Shown here piece after piece: positions 43,990-59,034 of a stretch of DNA of 64,000 nucleotides. Position numbers and translations under genes: made by a program. Within the stretch, counting starts at the first letter, position 1, and each line of letters begins with the position of its first letter. The notes under the pieces are model-generated. The model did no database searches, was not told where the DNA came from, and saw nothing but the letters and a program-made list of their open reading frames with translations. The DNA comes from Eledone cirrhosa (lineage: Eukaryota). Location of the stretch: positions 68,138,001 to 68,202,000 of the forward strand of contig OZ024740.1 of NCBI GenBank assembly GCA_964016885.1, given 5' to 3'.

Positions 43990-44695
43990 ATAATAATAAA
44001 TTTGAAGAATAAAATCCAAAGAGGGCTCGATAAGGATAAAGATATATCAGATATATAAAAACCCTGGAGCAAATATTTATTAAAATAACAGATTAATGTT
44101 TAAGCAAAGAATCGCTGCTTTTACCCTTAACGGGATCTTCTGAAACTAAAAAGATCTATCTCTGAACGCAGAAGTAAATATTTCAAAAGCTTTCCAACTG
44201 AACGAAGACAGGAAAACGATACTTTGTTTCGTGGAAACGTTCGCTGGCAAAGAACGAAAAAAGACAAAACCACGTTTATGGTATAAATGAAGTCGTAGAC
44301 TAATATTCTATTAGGTGGTTCATGGGGACGTTCTCAGGCAATTAACGGATAAAACGAAGATAATACGTCATTATGTGAAGCGGTGAGAACAAATTTATTC
44401 TCACTGCTCTCACCTAATACAATATTAGTCTACGACTTCATTTATACGATAAACGTGGTTTTGTCTTTGCGTGTGATTGTTTTCACCGCACCAAATAATG
44501 ACGTATTATATTCGTTTTTTTCCGTTCTTTGTCAGGGAACGTTACCACGAGCCAAAGTATCGTCTTCCTGTCTTCCTTTGGTTGCAACATTTTTTTGAAA
44601 TATTTACTTCTGCGTTGACAAATTGACTTTTTTAGTTTCAGAAGATCCCGTTAAGGGCGAAAGCAGCTATTCTTTGCTTAAACTTTAATCTGTTA

Positions 44696-44702
<7 letters not shown>
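43987..44702. mobile_element. Family B terminal repeats as a head-to-head inverted pair between (TA)n tracts
   Basis: 43987-44395 is the reverse complement of ~28390-28880; 44413-44702 is the same repeat in plus sense. Confidence 0.9.
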
Positions 44703-44732
<30 letters not shown>

Positions 44733-44801
44733 AAAAAGGGATGAAATCGAAAATGCAACTGAAGTCTTTTTTTTTTTTTAAATATATATATTTATTTGGC
44801 T

Positions 44802-44839
44802 CCTTTACCGGTTTCGCAGTTCTTCTGCTTTTCAAAAGG
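44802..44839 (-). ncRNA. Degenerate hammerhead
   Basis: cctt-TTGAAAA-gcag-aagaa-ctgc-GAAA-ccgg-TA-aagg followed by AATAAA; all stems pair, core mutated. Confidence 0.6.
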
Positions 44840-45494
44840 TGAGTTGAGATGGAGGGTCTGTGGTTTTTCTCACATCTATATATGTACTTAATACATTAAC
44901 AGAGAAAGCTTTTAGAGATACTCCGACCAACTCCTATCTCATTCAACAAACATTAGGATATACCATTATATAATCCCAATTATACGTTTATGGTGCTGCT
45001 AACTATATTGTATTTCGTGGATAGTTGGCTGTATTATTTTATATGAGACATAATTAAATACATCTCTCTTTCTTTCCATACGATTGTTTCGTTATAAGAT
45101 GTCTACAAGATGTCCAAGTTATGTAGAAGCTTGCATATAATCCATAGATTTCCACGCAAGTGGGCTCTTATAACTCATCAGTGGATGCCCAGGCAATATC
45201 AATATAAACAACTATATTGATATTAATATTTAGCGATGGTTTCCGTCAGTGCTAGAAGGACCGCTAAGTTTGAAAGTCCAGCATTCCTTCAAAACGAAAT
45301 GTTACGCTGTCTCCAAATGAGAAGGGGAGGTGTTCGTAAAACATAAAATAATATATACGCAGGTCATTGAACTCTGTTAGGAATTCTAACCACGTGTAAA
45401 GAACTAAACTGGATATAAAAAAAATAAATATATGTTTGTTTTATTTATATATACATAGATGTACATATATATATACCTCTATCTATATAAAAAA

Positions 45495-46351
45495 AACAGC
45501 CCGAATTACGCGGTACAGTGTTTAGGTTAACACGTCACCTTTTTGTTTAACACTGACACAGGAACGATGCACTAGTTTCAAGCTTATTAGCTATCGTCAG
45601 CATCGTATACCTTCCTGCCAGATGGTGGAACGTCTGAAACTATATAATTTCCTTATGCATATTAACGGCTGAGCAGCCTAATTTGCATATCGAGTGAGTT
45701 CAGTCGGCCAGGCCCATGTTCAGTCGGCACGGTCGGCCATTAAATGTAAGTATGTGTGTATGTATCCGTACATACATATATGTATACATAGATACTTACA
45801 TTTAAGTAAGTGCCATACTAAATATGTGTGCATGTATGTATATATATACATACTACTCTACGTCTGTATACATATATGTATGTACGGATACATACATACA
45901 TACTTACATTTAAGTAAGTGCCGTCAAAAGAGTGACAAATGAAATTTCGTTTCATTCTATTTCATTTAGCGTTTTCGGTGTGCCCAGCCGACTGAACTCA
46001 GTCGATATGCAAATTACGCTGCTCAGCCCTTAATATGCATAAGGAAAGTATATACTTTCAGAAGTTCAACTATCTGGCAGGAAGGTATACGATGCTGACG
46101 ATAGCTAATATGCTTGAAACTAGTACATCGTTCCTGTGTCAGTGTGGAACAAAAAGGTGACGTGGTTGCCTAAAAACTGTACGGCATAATTCGGGCTGTT
46201 TTTTGTTTACAAACAAACAAACCGAGCATTATAATAAATGTTCGGTAAACCGATACGTGCATATATATATGTGTGCATGTATGTATATATATACATACTA
46301 CTGTACATCTGTATACATATATGTATGTACGTATACATACATACATACTTA

Positions 46352-46393
<42 letters not shown>

Positions 46394-47118
46394 GAAGTTA
46401 TATTTAATTTGTTGGGATTCAACAAGCTTAAAAGTTCTATAACTGATATAAAGCACTCAACGGCATATTGGAGTAAATATTCAATATATGTTGAACAAAC
46501 GAGCAACGATGGTTGGTGGACACTATGGCTTAATACGGGATGTTTGTTTACAAACACACCGAGCATTATAATAAATGTTCGGTGAATCCATACGTACATA
46601 TATATATGTGTGCATGTATGTATATAAATATACATACTACTGTACGTCTGTATACATTTATGTATATACGCATACTTACTTATATTTAAGTAACAGCCGT
46701 ACTAAGAGTTGGAAATGAAATTTCCTTTCATTTTTTCCATTTTTCGTTTTCGGTGCACCCGGCCGATTAACCCACTCGATATGCAAATTGGGCTACTCAG
46801 CCGTTAATATGCATAAGAGAAGTATATACTTTCGGACGTTCAACTCTCTGGCAGAAAGGTATACGTTACTGACGATAGCTAACAAGCTTGAAACTAGTAC
46901 AGCGTTCCTTTGTCAGTGTTGAACAAACGAGCAACGGTGTTTGCTAGACACTACGGCTTAATACGGGATGTTTGTTTACAAACACACCGAGCATTATAAT
47001 AAATGTTCGGTGAATCCATACGTGCATATATATATGTGTGCATGTATGTATATATATATATACATACTACTGTATGTCTGTATATATATATGTATGTACG
47101 TGTACATACTTATATTCA
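45495..47118. mobile_element. Family R cluster: minus arm 45495-45795, plus units ~45795-46355 and 46488-47118
   Basis: HHRs at 45564-45606 (-, GUG triplet), 46089-46131 (+) and 46863-46905 (+). Confidence 0.9.
46390..46487 (-). repeat. Family D 3' end fused head-to-head to a family R unit
   Basis: Reverse complement of 22560-22656 (diverged). Confidence 0.8.
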
Positions 47119-47272
47119 ATATATTAATAAATCGAAACTATATTTATAAAGCCATAATTATTTTATTATATATATTTCAAGGGCAACCAAGGTAATTTTG
47201 GTCAGATATAATACAAAATATATTTTATAAACGCTGACTTACCCGTAGAAAAACAACCCTGACGGTTGAAGG
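47118..47272 (-). repeat. Family D terminal-repeat fragment (others at 48456-48532 and 63720-63810)
   Basis: Matches 19846-20010. Confidence 0.8.
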
Positions 47273-47553
47273 TTCGCTGGATGATACCATTCTATATTTA
47301 ATCATGCTTAGCTAATTGTTATATTTCATTCTAAAAAGAATTACTCTTTCTCTGAGATTTTAGGCATTTTTTGAAAGTTAAGCATTGACACCTAAATTAC
47401 TACAGTGGACCCTGCAATGCTACTGTTATCTCCTGCATTGCCTCCGTGGGCCCTCTGGGACTCACTTGCCATTGAGTAACCTGGAAACCTGGAAACCTGG
47501 CCAGTCCGCCACTGTATATATGTATATATATATAAATATGTATGTATATATAT

Positions 47554-47586
<33 letters not shown>

Positions 47587-47663
47587 ACGAAGGAAATGTG
47601 GTAAGGAACCAGGTGGACCATAACGCACCAAAGTACTCAATACTTGAGGTAGTAGAGTGGGTA

Positions 47664-47770
47664 ATAGGAACCAGTAAGACCCCGACAGCTGAGCTCAAGC
47701 CGTTTCGACGGCTAATTCTGGGATTAACCGTCGAAACGGCTTGAGCTCAGCTGTTGGCGTCTTACTGGTT

Positions 47771-47774
<4 letters not shown>
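47664..47774. repeat. Near-perfect palindrome made of two HHR 3' halves
   Basis: ataggaaccagtaagac...gccgtttcgacgg / ccgtcGAAAcggcttgagctcagctgtTggcgtcttactggttcctat. Confidence 0.8.
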
Positions 47775-48461
<687 letters not shown>

Positions 48462-48966
48462 ATATTAAATAAATGGAAACTGTATTTATAAAAACCATAT
48501 TTATTTTATTATGTATAATTCAAGGGCACCAAGACCAACATTGTCAAGTTCGATCCTGGTCGGGAGTAGGGTTGTCGCTAAATCTTTTCATTTTTTTGTC
48601 TATGGGATGTAAAATAAAAGCCAGGATTGAACCCAAGACCTTTGCCATCTATACTACCTACCGCTAGTCCACCGAGACAACCACGAAGATCTTATGAAAA
48701 TCCATACTGATAAACCCACTTTCAACATTTTCAATACAGATTGATGTGATGTCGTTCATGCCTTTCTTAATGTTATTGCTCCTACTTAAGTTTGACTTCT
48801 AAATCATTTGGGTGTTCCATGAACAACATCCTCGTTTTGATTCTCATCTCTCTAGACTATATTTTAACCTGTAATCAATCTTTTATTTCTGTTGCACCTC
48901 ATTAACCCCAATCCTCTCTCTCTTTCTCTCTTATATTTGAACCTACTACGATTTGGGCTTACGCTA

Positions 48967-49049
<83 letters not shown>

Positions 49050-49143
49050 CAAGGTTTAGCAAATAAGAAAAAGTTTCAAAATAAATTTCAAAAAATGTAT
49101 ATATATATATATATATACAAATATATATATATATATATATGAG

Positions 49144-49324
49144 AAAAGGGGATGGGGAATTAAGATAGGTTCTTTGGCAGCAGCAGGTGTGTAAGAGAAA
49201 TTTTATTATTGGAATATTATTTTAGGGAGTGTGTGAGGGTGTATATATAATAATATACACATGTGTACACTCCTGCTGCTGCCATAGAACTTACCCCTAG
49301 CTTACAATAATCCCATCCCCTTTT
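49144..49324. repeat. Imperfect inverted repeat next to (TA)n
   Basis: aaaaggggatggg..gttctttggcagcagcagg / cctgctgctgccatagaac..cccatcccctttt. Confidence 0.75.
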
Positions 49325-49581
49325 GAACTATTGACCAGTCAATTAACAGAATCAGATATACTCACACATATTTACAGGAAGTTTCGAAAAAAACAACTTT
49401 GTTCTGTGAAAGAACAGAGCTGCTGCTATCTTCATTACCACCCTATTAACAAGAACTCATTCTCCAGCCAAATTTTGAGCAAGAAGAACGGAGGAAAACA
49501 TTTGATTTTAATTTTAAATCTTTAATTTTTAGTTTTTAACTCCTATTAATTCTTTTTATTTTTTTTTTCAAAATTCAACAT

Positions 49582-49620
49582 TTGATAAGATGTATTTTAA
49601 TAATACATCAAAACCGGTAT
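49582..49620 (+). ncRNA. Degenerate hammerhead
   Basis: TTGATAA-gatgtatt-ttaat-aatacatc-AAAA-ccgg-TA; 8-bp stem II, three core changes. Confidence 0.45.
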
Positions 49621-49686
49621 TACTTTATATACTCTATATACATCATTAAACTTTCTTTTAAAAGAATTGTCCCTCTCATTTTTTAA

Positions 49687-49867
49687 ATAATTGTTTCTAC
49701 TTTTGGCACAAGGCCAGCAATTACCCAGAGCATTACTTTTATATCGACCCCGTAAGGATGAAAGGCAAAGTTAACCCCGGCGGGATTTGAACTCAGAATG
49801 GCAAGGGCCGTAACTTTATGCGTCAAAGCATGGCATCCGACCCTCGACCGATACTGCCAATCCACCA
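49687..49867 (-). mobile_element. tRNA-derived SINE
   Basis: Consensus match. Confidence 0.9.
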
Positions 49868-49963
49868 ATGTTATCCTTTCAATAATCTCACTTTGACGAA
49901 TCAAAGAAAGGATAAAAAAGAAAAACAGACCCTTAAATATATTTTCCCTGCTTTTCCAACTTC

Positions 49964-50092
<129 letters not shown>

Positions 50093-50093
50093 C

Positions 50094-50647
50094 ATGTTTG
50101 AATTTAATTAGTTTCTTCATAATAGGTGTTATATATATTTCGGGGATAACCGTTGTGCAACAGTTATGACCCTATCAAGCAGCTAGATGTTGACATATGT
50201 CACCGGAGCTTTGAGTGACCAACACCACATATCAGCCTGGAGCTTTACTTTTTTTGTGCTTTCTGATTTTTTTCTGTTCAACTTCTAGCGATTATGAATA
50301 AACAAAGTGAATTATAATCTGTTGACTTGTACATCATCTTTATAAATATATTCCAGATTAAACAGAATTAAATCTGGAATATATTTATAAACATGGTGTA
50401 CAGGTCAACAGGTTGTAATTCACTTTGTTGATTCATAATCGCTAGATGTTGAACAGAAAAAGAAAAAACAGAAAAAACAAACAAAAGTAAAGCTCCAGGC
50501 TGATATCTGATATCTGGTGTTGGTCTCTCAAAACTCCGGTGACATATGTCAACATCTAGCAGCTTGATGGGGTCATAACTGTTGCATAACGGTTATCCCC
50601 GAATATATATAACACCTATTATGAAGAAACTAATTAAATTCAAACAT
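50094..50647. repeat. ~550-bp near-spacerless palindrome between (TA)n tracts
   Basis: Arms of ~270 bp meet at ttccagatt-aaacagaatta-aatctggaa; the outer parts have a long hairpin plus GAAA-tatata-TA but no clear CUGANGA. Confidence 0.9.
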
Positions 50648-50726
50648 ATTGAATTGCACTTCATATTTATATATATATATATATTTATTTATTAAAATAA
50701 CAGGGTAAGAGTGGCGTAGCAGTAGT

Positions 50727-50816
<90 letters not shown>

Positions 50817-50896
50817 TATAATTGCTGAGGGATGATTAAAGCGTAAGTAAGCGGTAGGCCGTTTGAGCACTCGATGCTCTTACAAAGCAGAGTATG

Positions 50897-51752
<856 letters not shown>

Positions 51753-51897
51753 CGTATATATATAAAGGAAGTTATAATCCAGGTTTATATCTTCCTTTAT
51801 ACTCACTACCATACATAGTGTATCATCCTGATTTGTTGTAACCTCAGGTCTCTTCACCCTCGTAGACTTTACGCACATTAATACACATGCACACAAG

Positions 51898-51928
<31 letters not shown>

Positions 51929-52218
51929 ACACAGACACACACACATATATTTATATATATATGTTTATATATAATCATGTTTTATGTGTAAATAAGTGTG
52001 AGAGAATAGCAAAACATGAAAATATATAGCACTCAATTTCAATCTCATTATATATAAATATATTCCTTAATACAACAATCTGTTTGCATGATACATATCT
52101 GATTATCTTTAACATCGATTACATAAATCTTCCCTATACTATGTGAATCTATGAAACATTTTCCTAGTGATGCCAACATGACTTGTTCCGTGGTAGCTGT
52201 CACGATTATCACTGCCAT

Positions 52219-52282
<64 letters not shown>

Positions 52283-52352
52283 GCTGCTGCTGCTTCTGCT
52301 GCTAATGATGATGATGATGATGATGCTGTTGCTGCTACTACTACTAGTAGTA

Positions 52353-52539
52353 ATAATTGTTTCTACTTTTGGTACAAGACCAGCTATTAAGTTAGTGTAT
52401 TACTGGTACTTTATTTTATCGAGCCCGTAAGTATGAAAGGCAAAGTTGACCGCGGCGGGATTTGAACTCATATCATAAAGGGAGGTAAATATATGCTTCA
52501 AGCATGGCGCCCGACCCTCTACCGATACTGCCAATCCAC
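52353..52539 (-). mobile_element. tRNA-derived SINE within (ACT/TAG)n repeats
   Basis: Consensus match. Confidence 0.9.
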
Positions 52540-52640
52540 AGTAGTAATAATGATAGTAATAGTAGTAAAAGCAGCACCAGCAGTAGTAGTATGATTAGTA
52601 GTTGTACTAGTATTATCATTATTATTACTATTATTATAAA

Positions 52641-52830
52641 GGCGGTGGATTGGCAGTATTGGTAGAGAGTCGGACGCCATGCTTTGAAGCATAGAGTTAC
52701 GTCCCTTTATGATCTGAGTTCAAATTCCGCCAAGGTTAACTTTGCCTTTCATCCTTACAGGGTCGATAAAATAAAGTACCAGTAATGTACTGGGTAATTG
52801 CTGGCCTTGTGTCAAAAGTAGAAACAATTA
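52641..52830 (+). mobile_element. tRNA-derived SINE, full length
   Basis: ggcggtggattggcagtattgg...gagttcaaattcc...gtagaaacaatta. Confidence 0.92.
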
Positions 52831-53150
52831 TTATTACTATTATTATTATTAGTAGTAGTAGTAGTAGTTGTTGTAGTGATAGTCATAGTAGTAGTAGTAG
52901 TAGTCGGTGTTATCGTCGTCGTCGTCGTCGTAGTAGTAGTAGTAGTAGTTGTTGTTGTAGCAGCATCAGCAGTAGTAGTATTATTAGTAGTAGTAGTAAT
53001 AGTAGTGGTGGTCGTGGTGGTGTCGGTGTTCGTGGTAGTAGTAGTAGTAGTAGTAGCAGTAGTAGTAGTAGTAGTAGTGCGTGTGCTGCTACTGCTATGC
53101 CACTCTTAAATGATATATTAACAGCATAATAACAACAACAACAACAAAAG
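52830..53150. repeat. Compound trinucleotide microsatellite (TAT/TAG/TCG/AAC)
   Basis: Direct reading; also 52220-52350 and 53290-53355. Confidence 0.95.
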
Positions 53151-53302
53151 TACAATAATTGTTGTTATAAATAATACTATTAATAATAATATCTCTACTA
53201 GTAATTTCTTTCAATATTGTTTCTATTATAATTATTATCTGTATTAGAACTTTTATGATGGAAACCATGAGGATGGCGATATTCGTGTTCATGATGATGT
53301 TT

Positions 53303-53334
<32 letters not shown>

Positions 53335-55026
53335 ATATGATGAGGACGATGATGTTGTGAGAATTAAATTAACCGGACGTGTATGCAAAACATTTCTCTA
53401 CCGTTATGTCGTAGTTCAGACATATCTTCTACAATTCCCATCTAGATTTACGGATAGAAGTAATATTGGTCTAATCTCATTTCCAATCAAGCAATCTTAA
53501 TGAAAAGAAAACGCGATTTGAATATATCCAGGCCTATAAATTTTCTTTATGAGGCCTGCATTATATCTCAATATATTTCAAACTAGGAGTTTCATAAAGC
53601 CACACCATCTGAGAAAGTAATCGTTAATATATACAGATACAATTACGTTTAGGCGGGAATGCCGCTGTCGTGCCATTATGTGTTTCATATATAAAAATTC
53701 ACCGTTTTGGATATATGATATGGGATGATATGTTATGATGTGATATGCAAATGTTTATGATCTTATTGGGATAATGGCTCGGTTCTTTTGCGGATGATAA
53801 TTATATATATTGTATCAATTCTTCTTATAAATAATGTAATTTCTCGTTTATTTTATTGTTTGTTCTTTTCTTGTTTTCTTGCTTGCTCGGTTTTACAGTT
53901 TTCTTTACTTAGTTTCTTGAAGTAAAAGTACAGTTATCTGAAAACAGCACTACATATCACAGAAAAACAATGGCAGAAAAACAATGCCAGCATATGATAT
54001 TGCTTCATGGTCAAAGTGGAAATAATGATGAATTCCATGTGGCGACGGAAATACATTGACAGAGAGAGTCCGTCACATGGGTCAACTTCTTGTGGATGGC
54101 CGTATTTATCCCGATCAAATTAACTTGGGAGGCGCTTAAGGGATTCAAGTCCCCACCACTATATGTTCGACAATATCATTTTTGGAGAGCTGCCATATGC
54201 ATGAATGAAAAATAACTTCTCGATTTACATACTTTAAAAAGAGCCAACGAAAGAGACTCAAATACGTCGCTCGGATGATTTAAAACAATCGCCACGTTTC
54301 CTCAAACCAACCCCTGATATCTTAACTTTAATAAAACGAAGAAAATTTAGACCACTTTCGTCCTATATGTACACAATAAGTTGGATGGTTAAATCATTCC
54401 ACGATAATCTGCTCGATCAGAGATAACCCAAAACACTAACATATTGTGAATGTTGAAAATAAAATTGCAATCCGATTGTATTTACAAACTGTTGAATGAT
54501 GTTTCAGTTGTCAGTTATGAAGTTTGAATCCTTTCAATGGAGCAACATGTCTATAATGCTTACTTAGGTACAGATTATAGAATCAATATTTACCATTTCC
54601 ACATGGTTTCTCATTTAATTATTCAACGTTAAATGTTCATGTCTTTCACGAGGACGTGAATGATTGCCATATATACTTATATTCTCTTCAGAAGAGAGAA
54701 GACGAAGAAAGTACAAAGATGAGGGAACTACAGCCGTTTCCCATAAATCATAAACTGCTCATAAACAGACTTTTGGTTAAATTACCTCAAACAACCAATA
54801 GAAACAGCGGATACCTTACCCCAGTTTGTGAAGGGGAAGATGCGTTGGATGAGTCAGTCTACCACCTATTGCTCGTTGTAGAGGATAGCTACAGCCATAT
54901 TTATCAAACTGAGTAGTGAGGTGGTACAAGGGCTAAGATTAACAGGTATCTAAACCGTTATAGTTTCGACAGGGAAACTATCAGTGAACTGCAAGACTTT
55001 AATAAAACCCAAACATTATCATTATT

Positions 55027-55146
55027 TCAGAGTTAAAATCCCGCCGATGTTAACATTGCCTTTCATCCTTATGGAGTCGATAGGATAAAGTACCAGTAAT
55101 ACACTGGGATAATTACTGGCCTTGTGTCAAAGGTAGAAACAATTAT
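55027..55146 (+). mobile_element. 5'-truncated SINE
   Basis: 3' two-thirds of the consensus. Confidence 0.85.
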
Positions 55147-55609
55147 TAACATTTCGCTGATTACATTTCCTGACAAAATGAAATTTCTCTAGCAAGAGAT
55201 AATTCGGGTGGTTGTAGTTAATTTTCCGGTGTTCCTTGTGAATATGAAGTCAGTTTTACTCCATCCCATCCATATTTTGGTCTTCAAGATACTCCCTATA
55301 TACCAACACGTCAAGTGTTCGTATTTGTCTTTTAAACAAGGCTTTGATTGTTCTTTTTGTGATAACTTTCAATGATGGAGCTGGCCAATTTGATATAATG
55401 CATATGAAGTCATTCATGTACATTTTTAGAACATTCTTAATATGAGAATTGTTAATGTAGATATACCATATATTAAACACTTTGATTTACATGCGTGTTT
55501 CAAATATTGCAATGACTTATCGTATCGAATTGGTAATTGCTTGATTCAATGACGGCTGCTGTTTTATTCCTTTCTCCCCTACAATTTGGTTCAATTTGCA
55601 TGGCTTCAA

Positions 55610-57105
55610 GATGTGTATGTTGCACTGCTCCAGATCACCTTTTCTACATCTGTTTGAGAATATACCTCTAAAGAGTTAAGGAGAAACATCACGACACTTA
55701 TGCAAGCAATCTACAAAGATTACTTCAAAATGAAACTAAGAGACTAACAGAAAGGTTTTGCTCCACATATTTTATGCAAATATTGCAGTAATCGACTTTT
55801 CTTGCGGTTCAGTTGAAATTGAAGGAAATAACAGATACCACTTCAATGGTATGGCAAGAACAAAACAGACAATCTACTGATTGCTACCTTTCAATTTCTA
55901 AGTTTGAACGGATCGGTAAGAACATTGCGAATTATATCAAGTATTCCAATTTGCCATCTGTCATTGGATCATAACCATATGAGAATGACATCTTTCCTGT
56001 ATCAATCAATCAACCATTGAACGAATCAGATGATTCCGAAGACGAAACTGTAAGGTAAGGCCAAACGAATGACAAAGATTTTGCAATTCCTCATTCATAC
56101 CCTATAATAAGTCAAGAACAACTGGATTATTTTGTTCGAAGTTTGGGACTTTATAGGAATGATGCTCACCTTCCTGGCAAATGATCAAATAATTTTCTGT
56201 CTTAGCCAAACGAACCAAAAACAACAACGTACAGACACCGAGAGGTGAAATTTATAGGATTTATAAACACACATGATGAAATGGGTTTGGTTTATTGCAA
56301 GAAACTTATGATGATGGCACTAGGAATTTCCTCTAATGTCACGAAGTAGTGGCGGGCATTCATTGATGCCAGTCCTTTTGCATGCTGTGAATGGGTTTAT
56401 CGAGGAAGGCAAAAGAGTCACCAGATACCATCAAGAAGTTAAATTTATTTTTCAGGTATGATGATTTCCACTAGAAATCTGGATGTGACCTGAAGATCAT
56501 ATGTATTTTAACTGGAATGCAAAAGGCCTACACATCGTTTTGTTGCTTCTTGTGCCTGTGCCTCAGTCAGGTTCGAAATGAGTACTACAGTCAGCAGGAT
56601 TGGCCAGCACGTCATAATTGCAAACTAGGGAATATAATAGCGTTCAGTATGTAACAATTTTTGCATCTGAGTTAATTTTATTACAACTACTCTATATTAA
56701 ACTTGGAATCTTCAACCATTTGGTGATGTCCCTGGGGAGCAACTGATCAAGTGGCCGAAATATATCTTTCCTCGATAAAACGAAAATACGATTAAATAAG
56801 GTGTGTTCGTTGGACCAGACACTCAGAAATTGATGAAGAATCAGATGTTCAGAGATTCATTGAATGAAGTTGAAGGACGAGTATAGGATGCTGTGTTAAA
56901 GATAGTGAAAACCTTCCAGGAAACAACTGAAAGGGTATCATGACTGACCTTCTGAATCAATTCGATGCAAAGGGTGAGAAAATGTCCTTGAACGTTCACC
57001 TTTTAAAGAGAGACGTGGATTATTTCCTTTGGGCAATACAGTGATAATTACTGATGAAGCAAGTTAGCACGGGCTAGTCGATTCCCGCATGATGGCCGAC
57101 GTTTG
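55610..57105 (+). pseudogene. Decayed Chapaev3-like (CMC) DDE transposase
   Basis: Colinear motifs YKDYFKMKLRD*QKGFAPHILCKYC; MVWQEQ..DCY; YSNLPS; LDYFVRSLGL; WRAFIDAS; CDLKII..GMQKAYT.FCCFLCL; LYIKLG; GVFVGP; MSLNVHLL; MMAD. Family name from recall. Confidence 0.78.
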
Positions 57106-59034
57106 AGGCTTCACTCTTCTTGAACCCCATGCTACTGAAATTGAAACCAATGCTTTAACCTTTTCATAGTAAGTTTATTCTAAGTATGTATTGTTAATTT
57201 TACAGTTATTAAATGTAATTTAGGAAATTAATAAATTACATGCAATTTTCACAATATTATACACACTTTTATAATATACCTGGTATATCATGTCGGTGAA
57301 AGTATAGATGAGCTCGAGTTAGATGGATTCCATATTCATAAAGAGGACCCTAAAAGTAACTAATATCACTTAATGTAATGATTGCTAAAACATTAGTGTC
57401 ATCCACTTCACGGTGAATGTAACTTAAATCAACTTTTAGTCCCAGAACCTCTATAAGTAATGGACATAATCATCTAAAGTTCAATGTGAAAGATATACAC
57501 AATGAATATTGATAACTGATTTATTTCGCAGATGAACAGTAAATATTTATTGTAGATTTGCTCTATACTTTGCTTTTTATCTTTCACTGAATAAACGTTT
57601 TATTTTTTTAACAATAATTAATTCAGAAAATCTTCAAAGTTTATATATGTATGTTTAACTTCTACCTGGTGTAAATAGCAATATTTACTTATCTCTAATA
57701 TTTGGGTGCATTCGTGCGTCAGAAAAATTTGCCTGTTGAAACTGGCTTAAATAAAAGTCAGTTTTGGCATCTAAATGATGAGATTTCAAAATAATTGACC
57801 AAATATTTAGATGGAGATAATGAAACATTATTTTCTCCCATATTCTAAAATAACATCAAGTTACAGTTTCAATCTCTTTCTCTAGTATATTCTATTTAAC
57901 GGAATATTTGCCCCCAGCTCTGAAATAATTAGTTTGTTTAAATAACTGTCAAACTTAGATTAATATTGTCGGTGTTATAACCCCATGCACTCGGAAGTGA
58001 AAACATAAACATTCTGAGCGAACGTACTTAATTCAAGTATTTATTGTTGTTTGACCTTCAGCTTCTTTTGAAATATTTTCGAATCATCACAATTCTAGAA
58101 TGAACAAAGTGATTGATTCTCAGCTCACATAACTTGGAACTATATCGCAGTGCTATGAGGAATTTATTTGTTTTCTCAAGTACAAGCCAGGCGCTACGAC
58201 TTCCAGAAATATCACCTACACTCTTACAAACAGAAGCATATAATATATTGGACGAAGTTCACTTTTCTTATATTTCTGTTGCCGTAATTTATTTCTACGT
58301 CAGTCTTGATCAAGCAGACCTATAGCCACAGATGATTCAATCATGTCAAACGCTACTTTCCTCAAATAGGGTATCGAAGATACAATTATTGTTTCTGTTG
58401 TTTCTTATTTTTAAGACTGTGTGCTATGATTTGAATGATATTTGACTGCTATTTCTTTTAATACGCATGACCTCGTAGAAAACTTTCTCGATTCAAATTA
58501 TATCCAGAAGTGTGGCAATTCAAAGGAAAAATAAATAGACAATTGTCGTTTCACAGTGACGCCGCTGCATATATGATGTCTATTTATAGCTACGTTAACC
58601 TGACACATAGCTGCTCTGTCGACAGTCTACGTCTTCTGATCCTTTGCTGAATAATTTTATATGAATTAACCCTTACTAAACGCACAGATAAGGAAGATAT
58701 AACAAATGAATATATACATGGTTGTTCGACTTTCTGAAAATAGCAGCCAAATATCTTTCAAACAAGAAAAGATACATTGACTCGACAAAGTATCCAACAT
58801 CTAAAAATAGTTAAAGCCGGAACAGCTTTGCCCAGAGATGATCTCGATCTGGTGCGATGTGTGGTGTATCTGCAACAATATCATCTATATGACCACTAGA
58901 GGTGGTCATATAGATAAACTTATGAATGAGCTTCGGAAAGCTTAATTGTCTTGCTCAAAATGATAGTAACATCTCTCACAATCCACACTACCTAATATAT
59001 ATATATATATATACAAAAAAGTTATGAAACGAAA

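Noticed and set aside
54690-54950. Possible host exon (polypyrimidine-cag acceptor, ag/gtatc donor; ORF 54656-54916)
   Set aside because: All frames contain stops before the donor, and no recognisable domain or partner exons were found.
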